From: a virus
Lineage: Duplodnaviria > Caudoviricetes
Length of the DNA stretch: 64,000 nucleotides
Strand: one strand, 5' to 3'
IMG/VR virus record: IMGVR_UViG_3300020576_006644
Span: 1 to 64,000 of that record
A program made the position numbers and the translations under genes. Shown here piece after piece: positions 1 through 9,533 of this stretch (position 1 is the stretch's first letter; every line of letters starts with the position of its first letter). The notes beneath the pieces are model-generated. The model was not told the DNA's origin. It did no database searches and was given only the letters and a program-made list of their open reading frames with translations.

Positions 1-1
1 C

Positions 2-106
2 GCCGCCGCCGATACCACCCCGGCCACCGAGCCTGAAGCCGTCGCCGCAGAGGAAGCGCCGGCGCAGGGTCACAAGAAGTCCAAGAAGAAGGCCGAGCCA
101 TGCTGA
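2..106 (+). CDS. 3' end of a hypothetical protein (partial)
   Basis: Open frame AAADTTPATEPE...KKKAEPC* ending at TGA 104-106, overlapping the next ATG. Confidence 0.5.
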   Translation, partial: AAADTTPATEPEAVAAEEAPAQGHKKSKKKAEPC

Positions 107-414
107 AGCTGGACGCCACCACCTTCGGGGGACTCGGGTCGCACACCGAGTTCCCCGGCCCGCACGCGGTGCAGTCGGTGGACCTTGAGACCGGCGACGC
201 CATGGTGGTGGTCCCTGGCGCCAAGCGCAGCGCCGTCCTACCGCGCGAGGCGGCCTACGGGCAGGACGAGCTGCACGCGATCGTCCGCGCCGGTATCGCC
301 GCCTGCCGCGCTGCGCGCAAGGACTGGAAGCTGGAGGATCATCCCGAGCTGGCCTTGTGGCTCGGGCAGGAAGCGGCGCCGCCGGCCAAGGAGCCGAGGA
401 AGGCCAAGTCCTGA
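100..414 (+). CDS. hypothetical protein (virion-morphogenesis region)
   Basis: 104-aa ORF with high-GC3 codon usage; TGATG coupling to the next gene. Confidence 0.6.
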   Translation: MLKLDATTFGGLGSHTEFPGPHAVQSVDLETGDAMVVVPGAKRSAVLPREAAYGQDELHAIVRAGIAACRAARKDWKLEDHPELALWLGQEAAPPAKEPRKAKS

Positions 415-662
415 TGCGGGCGATGCGCGAAAAAGGGGGTCTCAAGCGGACGCCGAGCGGCGCGGTGCAGGCGGAGTCGCGGGAGAAGCACGCCTCGCTG
501 TCCGGCGAGCGCTTCCCCGTGGCCGACAAGCGTTCTGCACTCGCGGCGCTGCGGCTGCGCGGCCACACCAAGAACCCCAAGGAGCGCAAGCGCGTCATCG
601 CCGCGGCTGCCCGGTACGCGCCGGCCGCTGCCAAGGCTGCCCGCGAGGCGGACAAGGAGTAG
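414..662 (+). CDS. small basic protein, DUF6582-like
   Basis: ATG 414 coupled to the upstream TGA; RFPVADKRSALAALRL resembles the (Y/F)P(I/V)xDKxxAxxAL motif in phage head-region proteins. Confidence 0.45.
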   Translation: MRAMREKGGLKRTPSGAVQAESREKHASLSGERFPVADKRSALAALRLRGHTKNPKERKRVIAAAARYAPAAAKAAREADKE

Positions 663-666
663 CCGC

Positions 667-1386
667 TTGTACATCCCGCGCGAGGGGCTCTCCCGCCTCA
701 TCCTCCGATCGAACGACGTGGAGCGACCTACCGCCCGCAAGGACTGCGCGGCGCGCGAGGCGGTCGCCCGTGGCCTGGCTGAGTACATGCGGCAGCTCGC
801 CTTCAGCGGCGCCGGCGGCCGGGACATCGCGTTCAAGCAGGTGGTGCCGATCTACTCGGACCCCTGGACGCCGGTGGACCTGCCGGCCGCCAACGTCCAC
901 GGTGGGATCGGGGACGCCGAGCTGGACGCCAAGGGTAGCGGGGTCTCCCCCATCCAGGCCGAGCCGCTGGAGGACGCATCGCCGGATCTGCTTACCGATC
1001 GGGACCGCCTGGGGGACCGCGCGCCGCCGCAGCACAAGGTGGCTCTCTTCTCCCCGAGCACCTTCGAGTGCGCGCTGACGGTCGAGGTGTGGGCGGCTGA
1101 CGAAGCGCAGCGCCGCATGATCGACCACATGCTGGAAGACGACTTCAACCCCACCCCCGACTGGCTGCAGGGCGGGTTTCGGCTGGAGCTGCCCCACTAC
1201 GGCGGCTCCCGCGCCGACTACCACTTCGCCTCCTCCAGCGTCTCCTCGGACGGCAAGGAGGCGCTGCAGGGCAAGTACATCGCCCGCTACGTGCTGCAGG
1301 CGAGCCTGGACCTGCGCGTACCCAAGAGCAAGCCGAAGATCATCCCGATCGTTAACAAGATTGTTACGAACGGGGTGCTCGGCTAA
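667..1386 (+). CDS. putative neck / tail-terminator protein
   Basis: 239 aa; last + strand gene before the sheath; LTVEVWAADEAQRRMIDHML is typical of tail-completion proteins. Confidence 0.5.
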   Translation: MYIPREGLSRLILRSNDVERPTARKDCAAREAVARGLAEYMRQLAFSGAGGRDIAFKQVVPIYSDPWTPVDLPAANVHGGIGDAELDAKGSGVSPIQAEPLEDASPDLLTDRDRLGDRAPPQHKVALFSPSTFECALTVEVWAADEAQRRMIDHMLEDDFNPTPDWLQGGFRLELPHYGGSRADYHFASSSVSSDGKEALQGKYIARYVLQASLDLRVPKSKPKIIPIVNKIVTNGVLG

Positions 1387-1781
1387 TCCTCTGGATTGAG
1401 GCGACGATGGATGGCCCTCCATAGTTCTGTATTTTCCTCGGCGATCACTTCCTCGATCTTCTGACCCCATCCAAAACGCGAATAAAACAGAAGCCTTAGC
1501 AAGTCGATATCACCCGCGACTGTCTTAACTTTGTACCGCGCCAATTCACGCGATACAAATTCAACGATCCAGGGTGATAGAAGCTCGTGCTCCTCTTTTT
1601 CGAGCAAACGCGACCGTGGGCGACCTTCAGAATCACGTTCGTTCATAAACTCGAAGGCGAATACGTTGGGGATGCGCGGGCCATGATTGAAAGTCATGAT
1701 GTCACCGGACCGCCATTCCTCTGGAATGGGTTGGTCCGGCATCACAATTCGTCTTTTCTTCAGTTCTTGAAGTGTCAGCAT
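1383..1781 (-). CDS. hypothetical protein (inserted - strand cassette)
   Basis: 132 aa, GAGGAG RBS, lower GC; stop overlaps the stop of 667-1386. Confidence 0.7.
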   Translation of the reverse strand: MLTLQELKKRRIVMPDQPIPEEWRSGDIMTFNHGPRIPNVFAFEFMNERDSEGRPRSRLLEKEEHELLSPWIVEFVSRELARYKVKTVAGDIDLLRLLFYSRFGWGQKIEEVIAEENTELWRAIHRRLNPED

Positions 1782-1826
1782 AGGGGGTCTCCTCGTCAGG
1801 TACCCTCCTCGATCACTCGTGGTTCG

Positions 1827-1848
1827 GCAATCCCGAACGTCCGTTCAG
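1827..1848. promoter_or_regulatory. 22-bp operator repeat (LexA-box-like) copy 1
   Basis: GCAATC-CCGAAC-GTCC-GTTCAG. Confidence 0.8.
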
Positions 1849-1882
1849 GCACCCCCGCCGCGCTCGCCGTACCATCGCCGCC

Positions 1883-3892
1883 ATGGCCAGTACCTTCGTC
1901 CGCGGCTACACGTCCATGCCACCCCTCGAAGAGATCGCAGCGATCGAGGGGATCACCGTCGTCGACAACACGGTCCCTGGCGGCCTTGGGGGCACACCCT
2001 CCAACTACGGCTGCCTCGTCGCTGAATTTGCCGACATGACCTACTGCCTGCGGGTGGACGCCACCGGCGCCGTGCAGCCGGACTTCCAGCCGCAGTTCGC
2101 CCTGTCGCAGTCGGACTTCGTAGACAAGTTCGGCGGCTTCGACTCCACCATCGGGGCCTTCGGCGTCTCCATGGGTAACGGCTACGTCGCCGCGGTCGGC
2201 AAGGTCTACGGCACCCAGCGCTTCCTCTGCCTGCCGGTGAACCTGTGCAGCGCCTACGCCGGCCGCATGTGGCGGCAGCTCCCCACCTGCAAGAGCGCCA
2301 CCGACCCGAGCCCGATCGTCCCGGTCGTGGCTGCCCAGGTCGACGCCGCCTACGAGTTCAAGACCGGCAGCTCCCGCATCCGCACCGGCGTCAAGAAGGT
2401 CTTCTCCGGCGCGCTGTACTACAACGCCGGGGTGGACGGGGCCGTGACCAACACCGGCACCCCCGCCGCCACCCAGAACTTCACCGCGGCCGGCGGCGAC
2501 TTCCAGGGCACCACGCTCGCCAGCCACGCCGTCACCAAGGGCGACATGCTGATCATCGGGGTGCTGAGCGGCCTGGGAGCGCTCGGCGCCAACGCCGCCA
2601 CCTACCGGGTGGTCTCCGTGACCAACGGCACCACGCTCGTGGTGGAGCTGCTCGACGGGTCGAACTTCGACTGGACCACCGGCACGGCGCTGCCCTGGCG
2701 CATCCATCCGGCGAGCGCCGGCGACACCGGCGGCAACAACCGGCTAACCGACGTGGCCGGCTACAACGTCGCCGCCCGGCCGCTGGACGCCACGGTTCTT
2801 GCCGCCACAACCGTGAGCCCCACCGTCTCGCCGCCGGCCCCGACCGCCACCTCCTGGTCGGCGCTGTCCGGGTTGCGGTTCCGCACGCACCCGAGCCAGC
2901 CGCTGACCTACACCGCGGCGGTTCAGGCCCCCAACGCCGCCAGCAGCGCGTCGATCGACGCGCTCTACCAGGCGGCACTCGACGGGATGCTCGGGGACAG
3001 CTACCCGGCCAGCGTCATCGGCGGCGTGGTCTGCGCTCGCAAGTCTTCGACGATCGCCACGGCCACCCGGCAGCACGTCCTTGAGTCCTTCGCCGGTGGA
3101 CACCCACGTCTGGCTTTTGTGGCGCCGCCGGTCAACGTCAACACCTCCGCGCAGGTGACGGCGCTCACCTATCCCGGTGTCGAGCCGCTGCGCTCCGACC
3201 GCCTGTTCTACTACTGGCCGCCGGTGCTGACGCTCCCCATCGTGGCGGCGGTCGGCACCTCGATCGCCACGGCGGACGGGATGACCACCACGGACGGCAA
3301 GCTGGACGTGGCGATGGACGAGTACGCCCTGGCCCTGTTCACGCGGCTGCCGCCCGAGGAGTCGCCCGGCAAGGCCACCGAGCCGGTGCCGAGCACCTTC
3401 GCGACCATCATCGACTACGCCCGCGGCATCCCGGTGCCGGACCTGGCGACCTACGAGCTGCTGAAGTCCCGCGGCATCGCCGGGATCAAGGTCGACTCGC
3501 CGCCGCCGCAGATCCAGAGCGCGGTGAACTCGCTTCTCCCGACGCAGGCGCTTGACCCCAAGGTCCCGCAGAACCGCCGGGTGTTTGCCGACTTCCTCAT
3601 CCGGTCACTCGCCGAGATCGCCAAGCCCTACTGCAAGGAGCTGGCGACCGACGCCGAGATCGACTCGCTGACCTCGGCGCTGGAGAGCTTCCTGACGAGC
3701 CTGGGCCCCCCGGGCTCAGGCTTCACCCCTCAGCGGATCGTGGCCTTCCGGATCACCAGGATCTCCACCCCCGCCGAGGAGGAGCTGGGCGTCTTCAAGT
3801 TCAAGATCGACGTGAAGATGATCCCCACCATGGACTACATCGTCCTTTCCATCACCGCCGGCCCGACGGTCTCCGTCGAGCAGGTCCAGTAA
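1883..3892 (+). CDS. contractile tail sheath protein
   Basis: 669 aa; N-terminal FVDKFGGF; C-terminal NRRVFADFL...IVAFRI...GVFKFKIDVKMIPTMDYIVL typical of sheath C-domains; precedes a tube-sized gene; TACCAT 7 nt before the ATG. Confidence 0.88.
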   Translation: MASTFVRGYTSMPPLEEIAAIEGITVVDNTVPGGLGGTPSNYGCLVAEFADMTYCLRVDATGAVQPDFQPQFALSQSDFVDKFGGFDSTIGAFGVSMGNGYVAAVGKVYGTQRFLCLPVNLCSAYAGRMWRQLPTCKSATDPSPIVPVVAAQVDAAYEFKTGSSRIRTGVKKVFSGALYYNAGVDGAVTNTGTPAATQNFTAAGGDFQGTTLASHAVTKGDMLIIGVLSGLGALGANAATYRVVSVTNGTTLVVELLDGSNFDWTTGTALPWRIHPASAGDTGGNNRLTDVAGYNVAARPLDATVLAATTVSPTVSPPAPTATSWSALSGLRFRTHPSQPLTYTAAVQAPNAASSASIDALYQAALDGMLGDSYPASVIGGVVCARKSSTIATATRQHVLESFAGGHPRLAFVAPPVNVNTSAQVTALTYPGVEPLRSDRLFYYWPPVLTLPIVAAVGTSIATADGMTTTDGKLDVAMDEYALALFTRLPPEESPGKATEPVPSTFATIIDYARGIPVPDLATYELLKSRGIAGIKVDSPPPQIQSAVNSLLPTQALDPKVPQNRRVFADFLIRSLAEIAKPYCKELATDAEIDSLTSALESFLTSLGPPGSGFTPQRIVAFRITRISTPAEEELGVFKFKIDVKMIPTMDYIVLSITAGPTVSVEQVQ

Positions 3893-3904
3893 GGAGACCC
3901 GCAG

Positions 3905-4345
3905 ATGGGCGCAAGGCTTATGGGGCAGGAGACCCTGGTGACGCTCACCGGGGACGGGCAGTACATCAAGGAGGTGTCGGCCATCAAGATGGCCAGCTTC
4001 ACCTTCAAGGGCGAGGCGGTGAAGTCGGACTATTTGGGCCAGCCGGGCCCGGTGTTCGACGAGGTCAACGACGGGGTGGACGGCAAGATCGACTTCGAGG
4101 TTGACGACCCGGCGTTCTTCGACTTCCTCACCCGGCTCATCCAGCGCAAGCAGGGACTGCCGGGCTTCCAGTTCAAGGTGAACATCAACACCCGGTTCAA
4201 CTTCCGCACCGGCGTCCGCCGCTTCTGCGTGGTCCCCGACGTGTCGTTCGGCGACCTGCCGCTGGAGATCCCCGAGCGCAAGCAGAAGGTCAAGAGCAGC
4301 TTGTCCTTCATGGCGCAGGGCGCTCGCTTCCCGCGCGGCGTGTAG
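3905..4345 (+). CDS. tail tube protein
   Basis: 146-aa beta-rich protein directly after the sheath; AAGGAG RBS. Confidence 0.78.
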   Translation: MGARLMGQETLVTLTGDGQYIKEVSAIKMASFTFKGEAVKSDYLGQPGPVFDEVNDGVDGKIDFEVDDPAFFDFLTRLIQRKQGLPGFQFKVNINTRFNFRTGVRRFCVVPDVSFGDLPLEIPERKQKVKSSLSFMAQGARFPRGV

Positions 4346-4351
4346 CGCTGC

Positions 4352-4373
4352 GTAATCCCGAACATCCGTTCAG
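4352..4373. promoter_or_regulatory. 22-bp operator repeat copy 2
   Basis: GTAATC-CCGAAC-ATCC-GTTCAG; 10 nt before the TAGGCT -10 of 4396. Confidence 0.75.
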
Positions 4374-4395
4374 GCAGATCGGGTAGGCTCCGCAC

Positions 4396-4800
4396 ATGCC
4401 CAACGACACCAAGCACTGGTACAGCATCCCCGACAAGACCATCGCCAAGGCGCTGAAGAACGGCTTCACGCGGTGCCCCACCGAGATCGCCCTGCGCCCC
4501 CAGGACGGCAACGCCGTGCAACAGGCCCTGGAGATCACCGCCAAGACCAAGAGCGTAGACTTCGCCACCCGCAAGGTCATTTCGACCCTGTGTGGGGTGA
4601 ACTACGACAAACAGCGCGACCCGGCCAAGCGCCAGGAGGTCTCCCGCGCCAGCGACAACCCGGAGCTTTTCCCCGACTACTTGTTCGGGGTGCTGCCGTC
4701 CCAGGTCGTCACCATGCTCCTTGCGTCCTTCGCGGACATAAACGACCCCGACGAAGATGAGGTCGCCGATTTCAAGAAGAGTCACTCGGTAGCGACGTAG
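4396..4800 (+). CDS. tail assembly chaperone (gpG-like)
   Basis: 134 aa between the tube and tape measure genes. Confidence 0.65.
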   Translation: MPNDTKHWYSIPDKTIAKALKNGFTRCPTEIALRPQDGNAVQQALEITAKTKSVDFATRKVISTLCGVNYDKQRDPAKRQEVSRASDNPELFPDYLFGVLPSQVVTMLLASFADINDPDEDEVADFKKSHSVAT

Positions 4801-5039
4801 GGCCGGGTGGCGAAGAACCGCCCGTCAAAGTCCCGCTGGTCATCGTCGAGGAGGACACCGGCGAGATTCAGCGGTGGCTGTACCGGGACTACGCGATGCT
4901 GGCCCGCTACGGGCACCAGCCGGTAAGCGAAGCGGCGCGGCTAACGCACAAGGAGCGCCGCGCTATGATCGATGCCCTCATGAGCCTCGTGGACGAAGAA
5001 AACGAGCAGTCGCGTCTTGCCGCTGCCGAGAGGGACTAG
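4761..5039 (+). CDS. tail assembly chaperone extension (gpT-like), -1 frame
   Basis: Frame open 4761-5039 (..QRWLYRDYAMLARYGHQPVSEAARLTHKERRAMIDAL..), ending at TAG directly before the TMP ATG; no good start codon, so a -1 frameshift is inferred. Confidence 0.55.
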   Translation, partial: GRRFQEESLGSDVGPGGEEPPVKVPLVIVEEDTGEIQRWLYRDYAMLARYGHQPVSEAARLTHKERRAMIDALMSLVDEENEQSRLAAAERD

Positions 5040-6776
5040 ATGGCTGGCAAGAAGATCCCCGTCGAGACTGTGATGACCGCCCGGGACGCCGGGGTGGCTC
5101 AGATGTGGGACAAGCTCGCCGGGGCGGCCACTCACTACACGAGCGTCGTCGGCAAGGCTGAGTCAGCCTTCTCCACCTTCCAGACCCTAGCCACCGGCGG
5201 CAGCGTCCTCGCCATCGGGGCTGGCTTCACCAGCATGGCCAAGGGTCTCATCGACGTGAACAAGGCCCTGGAGGTGACGACCAACGCGCTAGCGGGCGAC
5301 GTGCAGGTCTACAAGTTCGCCTCGAACTTCACCGACAGCATGATCCTGGCCAAGGACACCCTGCAGCAGATCAAGCGCGACGCCATCGCGCTCCCCGGCA
5401 CCGACACCGACTTCATGAAGGCGTTCACCCTGACGCTCCCGGCCCAGGCCGAGCTCGGGGTGCGGACGCTGGACGAGGCGCGCAAGCGCTCGAACCTGCT
5501 GACGGCGGTGCTGCTCACCAAGGGGGTGGACTCCGGGCAGATCGGCCGCGACGTGTCGCTCATGCTCCGCGGGCACGCCGGCGCCGATGTTCGCAGTTTC
5601 GAGGTGCTCAAGGGCCAGCTCGGGGTCAAGGACGCCGCGCAGTGGAACGCGCTCGACGCCAAGAAGCGCCTGCTCAAGCTCGACGACGTGATCAAGAAGA
5701 ACAAGGACAGCATCGACGCCTTCGGGTCGACCTGGGAGGCGGTCTCCAGCAGCTCCGAGAGCTACCTGAAGAACATGGTGCTGGCCGGCAGCGCGCCCCT
5801 TTTCGAGGTGGCCAAGAACAACCTGAAGGCCATGAACGACTACCTGGAGCCGCTCATGCCCCGCATCGAGGCGGCGCTCAGCCTCGCCGGGCAGGCCACC
5901 GTGGACTCGGGCCGCTACCTGGGGGGCAAGATCGGCGGGGCGCTCGCCGGAGCCGGCCCGCAGGGCTATGCGCTCAGCGCCGCGGGCGCGGCGGCGCCGT
6001 CCGTCCTCGACCACCTGGCGACGGCGGGTCTTGTGGTCCTAAACTTCCTGCAGCCGCTCGGGGAGGCCTTCAGCTCGCTCAGCAGCGCAGTCGTCGGCGT
6101 CGTGTCTGCAGCGCTCCCGGGGCTCGCTGCCGTGCTGGACGTGGTGGTCGGCGTCACCGGCTTTGTGCTCTCGGCGGCGGCGCGGGCGGTGACGGTGCTG
6201 TCGGACGTGATCGGCCCGGCGCTCACCACCGCCGTGCAAGCCTGGTCCCGGGCCATCGCCGTGGCGGCCGATGTCTACGTCATCGCCTACAGCAAGGTGA
6301 AGCCCGTGGTGGACGCGGCGTCGGAGGCCGTCACCCGGTTCGCCCACAAGCTGAACGAGGCCTTCGAGTGGATCGCCGCCAAGCTGCACCTGAGGTCGGG
6401 GGCTTCCTTCGGACCCGAGCAGCCGGGGCTCATCGACCGGCTAGCCGAGCAGGCGCAGGAGGCGCGCCGGCAGCTCGGCTTCGGGAGCGTGAACGCCTCT
6501 GGGGGCATCGGCGACTACATCCGCAAGCGGGAGGAGGCGCAGGCAGCGGCGGTGGCCAAGCAGGCGGCGGACCTGGCCCGCATAGCCAAGGAGGCCAGCA
6601 AGAACAAGCGCCCGCTGCTGAACCAGGACTTCCGCGGGAGCAAGTTCTCTATCGAGCAGAAGTTCGCCCAGGGCTTCGACCCAGGGCGGGTGCTGACGGC
6701 GGTGAGGGAGGACTCGGCGAGGCTGGCGCAGCGGCGGCTGTCGGCAGGCAACACCCCGCTGTTCGGTGGCGGCTAG
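5040..6776 (+). CDS. tape measure protein
   Basis: 578 aa, Ala/Gly-rich helical, canonical position after the chaperones. Confidence 0.82.
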   Translation: MAGKKIPVETVMTARDAGVAQMWDKLAGAATHYTSVVGKAESAFSTFQTLATGGSVLAIGAGFTSMAKGLIDVNKALEVTTNALAGDVQVYKFASNFTDSMILAKDTLQQIKRDAIALPGTDTDFMKAFTLTLPAQAELGVRTLDEARKRSNLLTAVLLTKGVDSGQIGRDVSLMLRGHAGADVRSFEVLKGQLGVKDAAQWNALDAKKRLLKLDDVIKKNKDSIDAFGSTWEAVSSSSESYLKNMVLAGSAPLFEVAKNNLKAMNDYLEPLMPRIEAALSLAGQATVDSGRYLGGKIGGALAGAGPQGYALSAAGAAAPSVLDHLATAGLVVLNFLQPLGEAFSSLSSAVVGVVSAALPGLAAVLDVVVGVTGFVLSAAARAVTVLSDVIGPALTTAVQAWSRAIAVAADVYVIAYSKVKPVVDAASEAVTRFAHKLNEAFEWIAAKLHLRSGASFGPEQPGLIDRLAEQAQEARRQLGFGSVNASGGIGDYIRKREEAQAAAVAKQAADLARIAKEASKNKRPLLNQDFRGSKFSIEQKFAQGFDPGRVLTAVREDSARLAQRRLSAGNTPLFGGG

Positions 6777-7024
6777 ATGGGGATGTGCCGGGAGTAGGTC
6801 CCGCGCCCCAGATACTGCAGATCGGTGATGCGTTCGCACCCGTGCTCGGGCTTCTGCGACGAGACCGAATACTCGTGCTCTATCCCGTTGATGAGGCAGT
6901 AGTTGCGGTAGACGCGTTCAGGGGTTCCGCCAGCGCGCAAGTACCTGGGGCGATTAGGGCTCAATTTGCTGTGCAGCATCGACGGGCTGAACCAGAAGTG
7001 ATACTGCTGCTTCTCGGTGGTCAC
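6773..7024 (-). CDS. hypothetical protein
   Basis: GTGA coupling at 7021-7024; CTAG stop overlap with the TMP. Confidence 0.55.
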   Translation of the reverse strand: MTTEKQQYHFWFSPSMLHSKLSPNRPRYLRAGGTPERVYRNYCLINGIEHEYSVSSQKPEHGCERITDLQYLGRGTYSRHIPI

Positions 7025-7242
7025 TGCGAACCCCCGCCGCTGAATCCCCCGCACTCACCGCCGCAGTGGACGCAGCACAAGGTCCCCGGCGGCTGCCCGC
7101 CCTGGCAAACCTCGTACTGGTTCATCGTGCAGTGGCTGTGCGGGTAGCTCCCCGTGAGTGCCGCAGCCCCGCCGATGAGGATCTCGGGGCAACCGCCGAG
7201 AGGCAGGAGCAGCCCGAGCAGGAAGGCCCTTGCCCAGGTCAT
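7021..7242 (-). CDS. small Cys-rich lipoprotein
   Basis: Signal peptide with lipobox-like LGG-C. Confidence 0.55.
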   Translation of the reverse strand: MTWARAFLLGLLLPLGGCPEILIGGAAALTGSYPHSHCTMNQYEVCQGGQPPGTLCCVHCGGECGGFSGGGSQ

Positions 7243-7589
7243 GGCTTAAGCCCCCGGCGCCGGAGCCACAGCTCGGCGCGGTCGGCGCGCAGCGGGTCGC
7301 GGCCCGGCGGCGGCATGGTGAGGACGGCAGCCCGGCCCTGCGGCGCTGGCGTGGGCTTGGACAACCGGGCCATGCTGGCGCGGACGGCAGCGGCCACCGC
7401 GTCCACCCCCTGCTCGGCGGCCACAGAGTCGAGCTGCTCCTGGTAGTCCTCACGCCCGAGGATGTCAGACACGAGGTCGACGAGCCAGGGCAGCGCCTCG
7501 GCGGCGGCGCGGAGCGCGGACCGAAAGGCTGGGCAGCCGGGGATGGCTAGCGGCAGGAGCAGGCAGAATGCGAGGGTGCTTCTCTTCAC
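7239..7589 (-). CDS. putative lipoprotein
   Basis: GTG start MKRSTLAFCLLLPLAIPG-C; AAGGAG RBS; coupled to both neighbours. Confidence 0.55.
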   Translation of the reverse strand: MKRSTLAFCLLLPLAIPGCPAFRSALRAAAEALPWLVDLVSDILGREDYQEQLDSVAAEQGVDAVAAAVRASMARLSKPTPAPQGRAAVLTMPPPGRDPLRADRAELWLRRRGLKP

Positions 7590-8380
7590 GGGGTCTCCTT
7601 TTCGAGTTTCTCCGCCCACTCGCGCAGCATCTGAACTTGGGCGGTAAGAACAATTCGTTCGGTGCGTACGTTAAGATCTGTTCCCCCACCGCCGGGTAAA
7701 CCTATAAACGGCAGCGGGAGAACATTTTTATCCGTGCGGTGCCGATGACATGCTCGGCACAGCGGGATGCAGTTGTAGTCACTAGTTTTCTGTCCAACGC
7801 CCCGCGGACCAACGTGGTCCGGGTCGCTCGGTCCAAACGCCCCGCAGTTGCAGCAATCGTGCTGGCGGACGTGCTGCAGGTACGCCGCGGAGCGGGATGG
7901 CTTCTTTGGTTTGGGCTGCGGTCGATGCTCCCAGATCCCGAACGCTGCGAGGCTATCGGCTTTTAGTTTAATCACAGGGCGATCTGGTTGTCCGCTGCGT
8001 AGAACTGTAGGCGTCCCCGGCTCGACCGCCGGCACGTTGGTGTCGGGGATGTGGAGCCTGGTAGGTGGGCGCTGGTCGCGCAGCATCGCGTCGGGAGCTG
8101 TCGACCCGAACACCGCCCGGTGCGCTTCCAGGACCGACTGAACCCCCTCTTTGTCGATGCACTGCTGGACGTTGCTGATCGCCGGCGCCTTCTTGGCCGG
8201 CTTCCCCACCCGCCTGACTTTCTTGAGGCCGAAGGGCTGCGCCTCGGTCTCCCCGTCGAGCAGCACCATATAACGCTTGCCGAGCACCGCCTCCACGACC
8301 CCGGGCTTCGGCTTGGCGTGCAGGCCCTTGCCAGCGGCGAGGCAACGCTCCCCTGGAGCGAGCAGGTCGGAGGCGCTCAC
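7586..8380 (-). CDS. DUF968/HNH-like Zn-binding nuclease domain protein
   Basis: CCNCG...DPDHVG..G.GQK.SDYNCIPLCRACH motif. Confidence 0.7.
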   Translation of the reverse strand: MSASDLLAPGERCLAAGKGLHAKPKPGVVEAVLGKRYMVLLDGETEAQPFGLKKVRRVGKPAKKAPAISNVQQCIDKEGVQSVLEAHRAVFGSTAPDAMLRDQRPPTRLHIPDTNVPAVEPGTPTVLRSGQPDRPVIKLKADSLAAFGIWEHRPQPKPKKPSRSAAYLQHVRQHDCCNCGAFGPSDPDHVGPRGVGQKTSDYNCIPLCRACHRHRTDKNVLPLPFIGLPGGGGTDLNVRTERIVLTAQVQMLREWAEKLEKETP

Positions 8381-9198
8381 TTGAGAGCCGCCAGTAAAAG
8401 GCGCGCCTCATCGCGGGCCAACCCGATACCCTCGTGGCCGTGGATATCGCAGTTGTGATCGTTCAAGAGATGGTCAGCCGCTTTGGCAAGTCGCTCAAGG
8501 ACAGAAGGCAAACCCCACGGGCGTCCTAAATTGCCGGCTAGCGCATCTCGCTCTGCTTGAATCTGCACCAGCTTGTCCCGCAGGTCCTGACACTGCACCT
8601 CCCAGGCGGCAGCTTCCCGGCGCGCGTGGTCCAGCTCTGCGGACGCTGCCCGCAATTGCGCTCTGGCGTCGTCGCGTTCCTCAGCAACGTCTATGACGCT
8701 CGTGCGCGTCTCGTCCAGGCGCAGCTCCAACTTGTCGGCCCGCTTCTGCTGCCCGGCCGCGGTCTCTTTGAGGTGCGCGATTGTCTCGCGCCAGCGGCCC
8801 CACTCCTCGGCGTACTTGCGGGTCATGTTGAGCAGCCCGGCGGACTCGCGCAGCCGCTTGACCAGCAGCGGGGCCAGCTCCTTCTCCACCGCCTCGTTGT
8901 AGTGCCGCGGGATGTCCAGCTCGCCGAGTTCCCGCCCGCTCTGGTTCATGCAGTAGCTGGCCAGCTCGCACACCGCCAAGTCGTCGAGGACCGGCAGCAG
9001 CACCTTGCGGGTGTAGCTGTTCATTCCGTCGAGCAGCCCGATGAGGCCGTGGTACTCGGCGTGGGTGAGCCGCCGCCCGGTAGCCTCGCACGCTACCGCG
9101 CCGACCGCCACCCACACGGGGACATGGCTGTAGAACTCCTCCTGCTTCCTTGCGTACCACTCACCGAGGAAGCTGCCGTCGCTCGCCCTGAATGCCAT
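8377..9198 (-). CDS. coiled-coil hypothetical protein
   Basis: 273 aa, AAGGAG RBS, heptad-rich C-terminal half. Confidence 0.65.
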   Translation of the reverse strand: MAFRASDGSFLGEWYARKQEEFYSHVPVWVAVGAVACEATGRRLTHAEYHGLIGLLDGMNSYTRKVLLPVLDDLAVCELASYCMNQSGRELGELDIPRHYNEAVEKELAPLLVKRLRESAGLLNMTRKYAEEWGRWRETIAHLKETAAGQQKRADKLELRLDETRTSVIDVAEERDDARAQLRAASAELDHARREAAAWEVQCQDLRDKLVQIQAERDALAGNLGRPWGLPSVLERLAKAADHLLNDHNCDIHGHEGIGLARDEARLLLAALK

Positions 9199-9230
9199 CT
9201 CTTCTCCTTGTTGTCGACGTGAAGTGATCC

Positions 9231-9533
9231 CTAGGGGATCACCTTGTAGCGGTGGGCCAGCTCCCGGATCTCGGGCTGCGGGTCCCGATCAGCGAGGTCT
9301 GCAAGCGCGGTACAGCCGACCGGCAAGCCGCCTGAGCAGGCCCTGGCGTAGTAGTGAGCCACGCAGACCGAGCGGTACGCGGGGAAGTCGTCACGCATCA
9401 TCTGCGCCGACAGGTTGCGGCAGCCGGCGGGGATCTTGTGCGCGGTGTCCCGGGTCGCTAGGTACAGGCCGAGACCGCCGGCGTAGCCGATGGCGACGCA
9501 GAAGAAGAGGCTGACGACCAATCCCCGCTTCAT
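9231..9533 (-). CDS. hypothetical membrane protein
   Basis: MKRGLVVSLFFCVAIGYAGGLGLYLA N-terminal TM segment; ATGA coupling. Confidence 0.55.
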   Translation of the reverse strand: MKRGLVVSLFFCVAIGYAGGLGLYLATRDTAHKIPAGCRNLSAQMMRDDFPAYRSVCVAHYYARACSGGLPVGCTALADLADRDPQPEIRELAHRYKVIP

